Assembly: GCA_030141605.1 (NCBI GenBank)
Contig: JAQGDQ010001351.1
Span: 1 to 45,174 of the forward strand
Direction: 5' to 3'
From: Tubiluchus corallicola
Lineage: Eukaryota; Animalia; Priapulida
Length of the DNA: 45,174 nucleotides
Positions 23,043-34,398 of this stretch are shown one piece after another. The position numbers were made by a program, and so were the translations under genes. Every line of letters starts with the position of its first letter. The first letter of the stretch is position 1. The notes beneath the pieces were generated by a model that ran no database searches, was not told the DNA's origin, and saw only the letters and a program-made list of their open reading frames with translations.

Positions 23043-24949
23043 TTAAATTTTTAGTTGACGACTTTGGATAAATTTATAACCAAATTACTATATATGCCAC
23101 TAGATATCTTTTCGCCTTTAGACTTCATAAGAAATGTTCAAAATTATAATAAAACGTATAAAGGTTTTACGCAACACTCGTGTACAAAAGGTCGGCTAAG
23201 ACAAATTTTCTGTTATTATTTTAACTATAAACATAATCAACACTAAACTGAAAGCAATCAGCTAACTGGAGTTTTTTTAATTTAGCTTAAAAATTAAAAA
23301 ATGTTATTATTTAAGCTAGTGTGCAGCAAATATTGCAGCATTAAGTCGTTAACAGACATTAGTGAGCCAGAATATGTTGTAAATGTTTCTGCTGAGATTG
23401 GATTTGAACAGTTTTTAATTTATATAGTACAGTTTGACTATAAATATTATGTAAAAAAAGATTTCGCTTTCAGTGTGTTCTTAACTTGTGACCAACTTTT
23501 TTGTAAATGTTGGAGTTATAGGCAAATCTGATTCACTCTAAGGCAGTTCAGTGAGGAGCTACAGAATTTTGAATTTAAATTATTAAATTCTAAATGTTAA
23601 ATTTAATAATGAAAATCTATTACTTCACTACGTAATTTAGTTAAATAATAGGAATTTTTCTTTCTCAAGAATGATTATCTAGCTGATTGTAATAATTATA
23701 ATGAATTTTCATTGTGCTTTTATAGATATCTTCTTATTCTTTCTATTCATTTTTGTTTTATTGCTTGCGTTATCACTACGTCTCGGCTTTGTTTATTATC
23801 ATTAATCTTATTGTCATCGCTATACAAAAGGGCAAATGCCTAGATGCTCCTTGCCCTTGTCTGTAATCAGATATTCCCAAAATATCGGTTATATATCTAG
23901 TTTATATCTTATTATAATGATTGATGGAAAAAATTAATTGCTTTATTACAAACTTACTATGTTCGTTAGCTTTCTGTTTGTGTGTGAAACAGGGACTTCT
24001 TATAAAACTACAGAAAATAACTAATGTAGAACACTTTCAATAGGCAAAGGCTGTAAGTATTACTCATTCAATTTGTTGTTTACTGTTTTGAAATCTGTCG
24101 GGTGAAGCAAAGTAATGATAGCTGTAGTTATAATTCTCCATTCAAAATTAGTTGGTATGTAAATGGAGAGTATGATCACCATAAATCAGATGGATCAGAT
24201 TCCATGATACCAGTCTCCGTTCAATATCATTTAAGTTATTTTGCAGTTTACTTAAAATTACGTTAAAAATTACTTGAACGGTCTACATTAGCAATGTTTT
24301 TGTATAGGTCGATAGAAATAATATTTTAACTGCATGCATGACTCAGGTCATGTCTGAGTTTTTCAGTGTTAAAACTTCTGCAAAGTTGATTGTTCGTTTT
24401 GAGCGCAAGTTAAGAAAGCGTCATGTCCCAGGTAAGAACCAGGTAAGAACGGTCGGGAGAAATATACAAAAATGTTCAGCAGTAACATCTCACGAATTTT
24501 AAATTAGCAAAGATGTCAAGACGACGAAAAAAAATTGCCTGGTTTCCCACATTGTCTTTCACGAAACACCAGCATAGTTACATTATAGGAAGACGCGATT
24601 GTAGACTCTACAGACAAATAAAAATATTTTTTCGTTAAACAATAGACAAACGAAATGTCCAGCACAGAGACAGTATTCAACATAATGTAGGTTTTGTTCT
24701 CTTTCGGATCGGCCAACTGCAACTATGAGTGTATATAAATATCGGTGGAGATATGCGCAGATGGATATTAACGTGAACGACAAATATTTTAATAGAGATG
24801 TAGTCCATAAATAAATCAACAGATATACAGTCAATTGCTTTCCTGGCGTGGAAGAAATGAAAATTGTATGGTAAGCCTGAGGCTGAAATTTGCTTAAATT
24901 TGAAAGAATGTAAGTAAGCTTATTATATTAGTTTATCACCATTTTTAAA

Positions 24950-25400
24950 ATAGCAAAATATATAACTAAGTGATTTATAAATCTGTACAACATACAATAG
25001 TATTACATAGTGCAAAAGTAATTTTTGATTAGTGGTGAAAGGGTGGCGAAAGAACTATAAGTTATCGAGGTCCGCCACCCTCTCAGAATTGTTACTAAAA
25101 AGTAATATAATATTTATTAACGTGCATGTGCCATTGAAGACGAATGGAAATTGAATTATTATACGAATATGTTAGTTTACAATTATCAATGTTCATTAAT
25201 GGGAAAGTAAAGACACTTGCGACTACCTTTAAATAACAATTTAAACTTTACGTATTTAAAATTAATTATGATTAGGACCTAGAGCCAAAGGAAGAAAAAA
25301 TGTAGCAAAAGTGGATAAACATGGATGTTTAGTGATGAAGAAAAGAGTTGAAAGCAAATGTATCTTAAAATTCTTTAGGATTAGCGTTGATGATTATATA
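24950..25400 (-). mobile_element. Degenerate L2/Crack-like LINE 3' portion
   Basis: Hairpin AGGGTGGCG...CGCCACCCT (25040-25081); minus-strand remnant F*DTFAFNSFLHH* resembles the L2 FxxxFxxNxxxHxHxTR motif. Confidence 0.4.
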
Positions 25401-25699
25401 ATATTAAAGATATGGAAAGGTGTACCTTACCTCCGCAGCATACATTTGAGCTGCAATGCTTACTGAAGAATTTGTACAGCATCATGTGTATTATCTGTAT
25501 ATAGATATATATAATTATATATTTATATATATTATATATTTATAATATAAATATATATATAAATGAGGCATTGTAATAACCGGATTCACTGTGAATTGCG
25601 CATTAGTATTTAATTTATGTAGTATTTAAATAAATGAAATGCAGCTTGAGTAGTGAGCTAAATTTGTCTCTCACTTTTGTGTTTTGTTTCTCTCGGAAG

Positions 25700-26043
25700 G
25701 CTCGTAGAGAAAACCAGAAAACACGCCGTCAAATTAAACTAGTTTATTAAGCGAGAATTCTACAACACAAAAGTATGAAGGAACGCGAAATGATTAGAGT
25801 AAACATGAAAATCTGGAAAACATTTAAGTGTATCTGAAAATACAAGTAAACAAGAGAATGTGTAAGTGGCGTCCGTGTGAATCTGCGTGTGTCTCTCAGC
25901 GGTCTGCTTTGCCTTATATAGCGTGCCCGAGAAGCTTCTAGAAGTTTCTTTCCAGAACATTCTAGACGGTAAGATGATTATTCTAACGGAACATTCTACA
26001 ATGTTCTACTTAATTCTAATAGATGCCAGCGATCTCCGCAACA
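25700..26043 (-). mobile_element. Solo-LTR-like sequence
   Basis: Minus strand begins TGTTGCGG, has repeated TCTAGAA motifs, then TATATAAGG and AATAAAC in LTR order. The other terminus and TSD are not clear. Confidence 0.45.
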
Positions 26044-26269
26044 CTCATAGATGCTGATGTAGCTCTCAAAAACTTGCTGTTCAAATCAGTTAAAGGGAAG
26101 CCGTGCGTTTTCTTATGAGTAAAAAAATATGAAATGCGCCAACAGACTTGGTAGCAACATTCAGAAAACGATATGCTTCACCAGCCGACACAAATAACTG
26201 CTTATGGCATTGCAGCCTATCCAGCTTGTGAATTCAAGGACAATTGGTAATCAAGGCAGGATTTTCAAC

Positions 26270-28060
26270 TATGTCCTTAAATTCAATTTGTAGTCAAGTA
26301 CTGGACGTTTAACTAGGTTCTTAAGTTCAATCTGTAATCAAGGACTGGACTTTAATTAGGTCCTTAAGTTCAATCTGTAATCAAGTACTGGACTTTTAAC
26401 TAGGGTCTTAAGTTCAATCTGTAATCAAGGACTGGACTTTAATTAGGTTCTTAAGTTCAATCTGTAATCAAGTACTGGACTTTTAACTAGGGTCTTAAGT
26501 TCAATCTGTAATCAAGGACTGGACTTTAATTAGGTTCTTAAGTTCAATCTGTAATCAAGTACTGGACTTTTAACTAGGGTCTTAAGTTCAATCTGTAATC
26601 AAGGACTGGACTTTAATTAGGTTCTTAAGTTCAATCTGTAATCAAGTACTGGACTTTTAACTAGGGTCTTAAGTTCAATCTGTAATCAAGGACTGGACTT
26701 TAATTAGGTTCTTAAGTTCAATCTGTAATCAAGTACTGGACTTTTAACTAGGGTCTTAAGTTCAATCTGTAATCAAGGACTGGACTTTAATTAGGTTCTT
26801 AAGTTCAATCTGTAATCAAGTACTGGACTTTTAACTAGGGTCTTAAGTTCAATCTGTAATCAAGGACTGGACTTTAATTAGGTTCTTAAGTTCAATCTGT
26901 AATCAAGTACTGGACTTTTAACTAGGGTCTTAAGTTCAATCTGTAATCAAGGACTGGACTTTAATTAGGTTCTTAAGTTCAATCTGTAATCAAGTACTGG
27001 ACTTTTAACTAGGGTCTTAAGTTCAATCTGTAATCAAGGACTGGACTTTAATTAGGTTCTTAAGTTCAATCTGTAATCAAGTACTGGACTTTTAACTAGG
27101 GTCTTAAGTTCAATCTGTAATCAAGGACTGGACTTTAATTAGGTTCTTAAGTTCAATCTGTAATCAAGTACTGGACTTTTAACTAGGTTCCTAAGTTCAA
27201 TCTGTAATCAAGGACTGGACTTTAATTAGGTTCCTAAGTTCAATCTGTAATCAAGTACTGGTCTTTTAACTAGGTTCTTAAGTTCAATCTGTAATCAAGG
27301 ACTGGACTTTAATTAGGTTCTTAAGTTCAATCTGTAATCAAGTACTGGACTTTTAACTAGGTTCCTAAGTTCAATCTGTAATCAAGGACTGGACTTTTAA
27401 CTAGGTTCCTAAGTTCAATCTGTAATCAAGGCTTGGACTTTAATTAGGTTCTTAAGTTCAATCTGTAATCAAGGACTGGACTTTAATTAGGTTCCTAAGT
27501 TCAATCTGTAATCAAGTACTGGTCTTTTAACTAGGTTCCTAAGTTCAATCTGTAATCAAGTACTGGACTTTTAGCTAGGTTCCTAAGTTCAATCTGTAAT
27601 CAAGGACTGGACTTTAATTAGGTTCCTAAGTTCAATCTGTAATCAAGGACTGGACTTTAATTAGGTTCCTAAGTTCAATCTGTAATCAAGGACTGGGCTT
27701 TTAACTAGGTTCCTAAGTTCAATCTGTAATCAAGGACTGGGCTTTTAACTAGGCTCCTAAGTTCAATCTGTAATCAAGGACTGGACTTTTAACTAGGTTC
27801 CTAAGTTCAATCTGTAATCAAGGACTGGACTTTTAACTAGGTTCCTAAGTTCAATCTGTAATCAAGGACTGGACTTTTAACTAGGTTCCTAAGTTCAATC
27901 TGTAATCAAGGACTGGACTTTAATTAGGTTCTTAAGTTCAATCTGTAATCAAGTACTGGACTTTAATTAGGTTCTTAAGTTCAATCTGTAATCAAGGACT
28001 GGACTTTTAACTAGGTTCCTAAGTTCAATCTGTAATCAAGGACTGGACTTTTAACTAGGT
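26270..28060. repeat. 43/44-bp satellite, about 41 units, partly organised as an 87-bp dimer
   Basis: Alternating AAGTTCAATCTGTAATCAAGGACTGGACTTTAATTAGGTTCTT and AAGTTCAATCTGTAATCAAGTACTGGACTTTTAACTAGGGTCTT. Confidence 0.97.
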
Positions 28061-28675
28061 ACTTTTACCTAGTGACGACGTACATTTTGGTCCCAATAAC
28101 GTAAAATACCCAATAAAACTTATTACAGACGTTTCAATAATTATTTTGCTAATATAGCGATTGCATTACAAATGTCCTTGTTGCATCACTCAAAATGGCA
28201 GAATCATATAAAGTTGAAATACAGTAATGGTCGTGCAGTGATCATGGGGGAGGTGGGAGTTTGACTGTGGCAGTACTAGAACTTAAACAGTTTCTTCTGC
28301 TTCTTTAGATTAGACACCAAGACACCTTCGAGGGACCTTCGAGGCAGCTAGAATAGAAAGCTAGTAAGTTACATAGTGGCGGCACATACACGTTTTGGGT
28401 AGAAGCATGGATGTCTGTCGGAGAGGGAGAGCCTTCATCGTCTATTCAAAGCACTCCCAATAAGAAAGGTTAGTTTCGTGAAGATTTCTGTCATTGACTT
28501 GGTTACAGTATGTTTCTGCTGCAGCTGTAGTTTTTATAACTGATTTTTAAAGCGCAGGAAAATACTGTTCTCACATAAGATTAGTTGGTTAGTTTCGTGA
28601 AGATTTCTGTCACAGGGTAATGAACCAGAATTAATTCAGCGCTGCTGTTTCTTTTTACAGAAAAAATCGTCAACA

Positions 28676-30733
28676 ATGACGCAACGGGCTGTTCACACAG
28701 TTTGTGCAGCTGTTGAGGCTGCTGATGCAGAGAAGTTTTTTGAAAACCACAACAACAGTAATGGGTCGAAAAGATTGGACGAACAAACCGAGTGTTTGCT
28801 TGTAAAAACTGAGCCGACTGTTTCCGTCCGGAACGAGGTGCGAAAGAGGAACGATGGTGTAACAGTCACTCATGGTACTCAAGGCAAATACAAACAGATA
28901 AAAAGCGAGTACATTGTTTCATTTGATTCTGTAAAAGGCTTCAAAGAAAATGACAGTATGCCTGCCGTAGCAGCAAGTTTTGTTTCGGTTGATAACGGCG
29001 ACGATTACGGTGCTAAAATTGATGAAAAGGCCCTCGTGATAAATACTGCTGAAGCAGCACATTGCAAAACTATGCTTACTGAGTCTCCGAAGTTGAACGA
29101 ACGTGCTGCAATTTACACAAAGCCTTTCGAGTGCAGCCACTGTGATTCTAGTTTTACAAACTCTAGTCATTTGACAGAACATCTAAAAACTCACACAAAA
29201 CAGAAACCTTTTAATTGTGATCGGTGTGATGCTGCTTTTGGTCAGTCGGACCATTTGAAACAACATTTAAAAACACACACGAAGACAAAGCGCTTTTACT
29301 GCACGCAGTGCAAAGCTTCGTTCCGATACTTTGGCAATTTAAAGCGTCACCAAGGGATTCATTTAGGAGAGAAACCTTACAAGTGTGATGAATGTGGAGC
29401 TGCTTTTGCTGATATGAATTATCTGAAGCAACATCTAAGAGCTCATGTTGGAAAAATACATTTTCGCTGTGAAGAGTGTAAGGCTTCATTTCGTTATTCG
29501 GGTAATTTAGAACGACATAGAAGAATTCACTCGGAGGTAAATCCTTACAAGTGTGATAAGTGCGATGCTGCTTTTTCCAGTGCTAACTATTTATTAACAC
29601 TTGACGACTCACACGGGCGAAAGGCATTTTCATTGTGAATTGTGCAATGCTTCCTTCCGCCATTTGAGTAATTTGAGACGCCACAATCGAAGTCACTTAG
29701 GAGTAAAACCTTATCAGTGTGACCAGTGTGGTGCATCATTTATGAATGTCAGTCATTTGAAAAAGCACTTGCCAGTGCATACAGGCGAACGACCTTTTCA
29801 GTGCAAACACTGTGATGCTTCCTACAAATATCGATACAATTTAACCGAACACGAAAGACGTCACACCGGAGAAAAACCATATCAATGTGACCAGTGTGGC
29901 TGTGCATTTGCAAGGTCAAATCATTTAAAACGGCATCTCAGACTCACACGGGAGAAAAGCCTTACAAGTGTCATTTGTGTGACGCTTCTTTTGCTTCGTC
30001 TGGGTATCTAAAATTACACGTATCCATTCACATCGGCAAAAAACCATATTTGTGCAATGATTGCGGAGCAGGGTTTTCTCATTCGGGGAAACTGAAAGCT
30101 CACGTTTTGAACCACACGGGACAAAAACCTTTTAAGTGTCACTTATGTGATGCTGCATTCACTTCGGCAGATGCCTTAAAACGTCATTTTGCAACTCACT
30201 CAGGACGGAAACCATTTCAATGCAATCAGTGTGATTTAGCTTTTGCTAGATTGGGGCAACTGAGCAGCCATCTGAAAAGTCATGCCAAACAGAAACATTT
30301 TAAATGTACAGAGTGTGGTGCTGCTTTTACACGGTTGCATACATTACAACTGCACACGGCGACTCACACGGGGCAAAGGCTTTTCAAATGCGAGCGCTGT
30401 GATGCAACTTTCATGAAACTACAGAGTCTAAAGCATCACTTGCAAATTCACATGAAAGAAATGCCCTTTAACTGCAACCAATGCAAGAGAGCCTTTGCTG
30501 ACTCAAATAACTTCGAAAAGCATTTAAGAGCTCATGTGGACGATGACAAGCCTTTTACTTGCGGTGTGTGCAATGTTACTTTTGCACATCCTAATCAATT
30601 GGTATACCACTCACAAAGTCACAAAAGAGAAAGGCCTTTTAAGTGTGTTGACTGTGATGCTACATTCGTTGATTCAGTCACTTTACAACGTCATTCAAAA
30701 GCTCACTGCAAACGTGTCTTACAGAGGTCTTGA
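28676..30733 (+). pseudogene. 19-finger C2H2 zinc-finger gene with two frameshifts (recent pseudogene or assembly errors)
   Basis: ORFs 28676-29638, 29601-30011 and 29894-30733 join into one continuous array if 2 nt are restored at about 29597 and 1 nt at about 29940. Acceptor TTTTTACAG at 28660. Confidence 0.85.
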
Positions 30734-31279
30734 TTGTCATGCTGTGATACAGGAGAATCGAAGCCTTAAAACTGTGATCACTGAGATACTTGCTCTGCTG
30801 TTATAAGAAGTTTGAAATAACACCTAAGAACCTTACTTTTGCAGTCACTGGGCTGCAACTGTTACTCATTTGTGTACAGTTTAAATCAGTCACTTGGGAA
30901 AGAAACCTTATAACTGTGATACATGTGCAATTTTGCTGGGGTTTGCCAGCCTGAAACAACATTAGTCAGCTATTCTAAGTTTTCTTAACATGGCTCTTCG
31001 TACAGCTCAGTAAAATATTTCACAGCAACTGCTCTGATCAAGGGCGTATCGAGACATTTCAACGCCCTAAGCTGACAGTTCAATCCTGCCCATCTCCCGT
31101 ATGGATTTATGGTTATCAGTATAATATAAAGCCCAGTATAGATTGTTTTGTGGTATATTAGTAGCTCCTCTCTATTACTTACATGGTTCTTGTTAATTGC
31201 TTGTATTTGAATAGCACTTATCTCTGAAGTAGTCTGAGTCACTGCATGTGGTGTAGTAACTTTCGTGAAAGAATTGTTG

Positions 31280-32197
31280 TGCTTATATAAAAGCAGCCAA
31301 CGTAACTGCTTGTGGTGTATTATAAATACGCACTTTAGACGAAAGGACGCGTGTTTTACGGGAGGATAAAAATTTTTAACACTGGGACCCTAAAATCTGG
31401 CACCCTCAGAATTTGATGCTTTTGGGTACAGCTGTTAACCTTTTGGTAGATACGCCCCTTCAAACAAGTATAACTCTTTAAGGTGCTGGCAGGTTAGCTG
31501 GGTAATGTCTGATGCAAACAGCAGATGGTAAGAGTTTAATTATGAAATTGGCTTCAGTCGAAGTTTGTTTGCTAGCCTGGTTGCCTGACTGATATGATAC
31601 CTATTTTAAGTCATGGATAGAAAATCATTCTTAGGATTCTATTTTGGCATTATTGAACATTTAAATGATTTCTGTTATTCTAAGGATATTCAACAGGCTC
31701 TTGCATCAACCTCGTTTAAAATTTTCAAGCTGGAAAATATTTAGCTGAAAACTACTGGGTTATGCTATACACTTACATCCTGGGTATAAACGTGGGGCAA
31801 ATCAGGAATTCAGTTGTTCTCAGCACTTAAAATGATTCTATTGCTTAGCATTTACGGAAGCGAATTTTGTATGTTGGTATCGGACATTTTGTTTTTCATT
31901 TTCGCCTAAATTTTTTTTATTGCAATGAGTTTGTTGTCAAAACAATTTGAGGACAAGTTGATTATTTTTATGAATTATTTAACATTTTTAAATTTTTGCA
32001 TTGGAACATTTTTCCCTTAGGAACATTTTCTTTATTGCAATGGGTTTGTTGTCAAAACAATTTGAGGACAAGTTGATTATTTTTATGAATTATTTAACAT
32101 TTTTTAATTTTTGCATTGGAACATTTTTCCCTTAGGTTACAATTGATTGTTGGTTGCATTCAAATGTATATTAGTTCTTTCTGAAATGCATTTTTGT
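31280..32197 (+). repeat. Diverged direct repeat, copy 1 (includes a ~115-bp tandem duplication at 31916-32136)
   Basis: Shares AACTGCTTGTGGTGTA, GCAGGTTAGCTGGGTAA, AAGAGTTTAATTATGAA, TGAGTTTGTTGT and CATTCAAATG in the same order with 37350-38010. Confidence 0.75.
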
Positions 32198-33575
32198 GTT
32201 GATTGTTACTTTAAATTTCTTACTTTTTATTTTTGCATTGTAAGTTTTCTTAATTTTAATCAGTTTGTTGTTAATAGTTCTCGATTTTTCAAGAATTTCA
32301 AGACCTCCAAGTGACTGATACGGAAATGATTTTTAAAATTTAATAATTTTGATTGCCATTTCGGATTTTGGAATTTTTCTCCAGGTATTAGAATATTTTC
32401 CATACTTTTTTACGTATGTAATTGTACATTTTTGCAAGATAGCATTCTAGTTTATATGTATTTACAATTATAAAGTAAACAATTATAAACAAAGCCACAG
32501 CAAGAATTTGTGTAATTTTGTAGCAGAGCATGTCATACGTGTTCTCTTAAAGGACAAGAAAATTCTTTAAATTTCAAGCAAGAGCGATAACATGATATTT
32601 TGTTAAGAATTTTCTTTTCTGGTTACACAAGTCTTTCAGACAGGTAAGATTAATGCAAAGTCATAAACTTTGTGTGGAAAATTTAGTGACGTACTTTAAT
32701 ATTCCCATTCTGATGTGGTTAGTAAGCATTAATAATTTATGATCACTAATTCACTGATCATTTTCGTGGGTGTTACAAGTTGAAATGTTGTAATAAATTG
32801 TTACCTAAGATATGGTTTCGCATTTGAAGCAAATGTATAGTTATGATAAATTAACAAAAACATAGTACGTTATATGCAGATTGTATATTAGGTCTACAGG
32901 TAGATTTTCTATACGTATTAGTCATTCGTACCTTTCACACACCCATATTTCAAATGCACGCGTTTTGTAAATTCCCAATTATAATTTTTGCATACAATGA
33001 AAATTACTTATATCACAGTAAACTTGGTCTTTTACGCATTTTGATGAATACTACACAAACAAAAATGTTTCTGGTAGACAGTTAATGACTATATTATGCT
33101 CAAAGCAGACATTTTGCATAAACAAACCTAATTTCAAAGCATTAACTTTTAAACATGTGATATGATTTGCACAAAATAATGCAACGTGTGCAAGTTTAAG
33201 ACTATCAACACCAGTGAAAAGCAGTTTCAATTTAAAAGAAGGATACAGAACATTTTACCATCATTTGCAGAAATATTTTGTTACTTTCCTCCTTACTTTG
33301 TGGTGAAGTTTGGATGAAAGTTTGTTGCCTTATTACTAAAGATTCTATGCCAAGTGCTGCTAATTGTGAATTACTATTAGAACTATTATTGCTCGGTCTT
33401 AGTTACTTACAACAAACTAGACAATTCTTAGTGATCTATAAATCTGCTTTTATTCTACACGACAAAACTGAAACTGTGAATTAATCTTAGCTTGGTTCAA
33501 GTTGAGAAACGTGGCTGGGCCATTTCAGAAGAGTCAACTTTGATTTTGTTGCTGTTCCAATTTTTTGTGCCACAG

Positions 33576-34167
33576 ATGAAGTCGCCAATCAAAGTTGGAT
33601 TTTATCTGATGTCTCTGATCACGGTGTGTAGTGGATGGAGAGCATGTGATGATCCGTCTTGGCAGTGCGAATGCGATGAGTTTTCCAGTGATAGGACAGA
33701 AATGCGTTGCTTTTGGGGAAATTTGTCCCTAACAGACGTACAGAATATTTCAAACACAATACCAAAAGATATCTACAGGCTCACGATTTACAACTATTTA
33801 AACAGTGAATTTCCAGACAAATTTTTGGCAGGAAAACAGATCGAGATTTTGTCCATAGAGCACTCCAAGAAGCTGAAACGCATCAATGAAACCAGTATAG
33901 CAGCTGACATCTGGAGATTATACTTGCATGAGCTCTCTGGTTTAGAGACAATTGACTCAATGGCATTCCAAGCAATGACAAGACTGGAGGTTCTATACAT
34001 TGGGGACTGCTACAAGCTGACATCGATTACTGGGCACTTGTCTTTTACACAAAGTCCAAATCTGACTAGAATTTACATTGATGAGACATCTATAGAAACA
34101 CTTAAGGAGCCAAGACTACACAGCAGCGTACTGAATAGCAGCAATTTTGTACGGATTGACTTTTGGG
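33576..34167 (+). CDS. LRR-mucin surface protein, coding exon 1 (signal peptide, LRR-NT, 5-6 LRRs)
   Basis: Acceptor CCACAG|ATG; MKSPIKVGFYLMSLITVCSG; CDDPSWQCEC...RC cap; LRRs such as LYLHELSGLETIDSMAFQAMTRLEVLYIGDC; donor GGG|GTGAGT in phase 1. Confidence 0.9.
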
Positions 34168-34398
34168 GTGAGTTCAATTCAAATTTTTGACTAACAACTT
34201 TCAGCAGAGCACGAAGCCAGTGTGGTCAATTGAATACATTTATGTGTCATAAGATTTAATGAAAACAGTGTCCTTATAATAGGTGAGCAAGTTTGTCTTA
34301 CGTGATGCTTTAGGTAAAAGTTCTTTCACTATTCTTATAAGTTTTGTACTTTAATCGTTGTTTTGCTGTTGTTGTTATCATTGTTGCCATTTTTATAG

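Noticed and set aside
26270-28060. CRISPR-like repeat-spacer array
   Set aside because: The alternating units are variants of one monomer; there are no spacers or cas genes, and the context is eukaryotic.
29590-29945. Programmed ribosomal frameshifting in ZNF2
   Set aside because: No slippery heptamer, and the shifts remove bases needed for correct finger spacing, which points to deletions.
33492-33575. N-terminal extensions of the LRR ORFs shown in the ORF track (also 34344-34398)
   Set aside because: These are intron polypyrimidine tracts upstream of clear acceptors, and the ORFs start at TTG.
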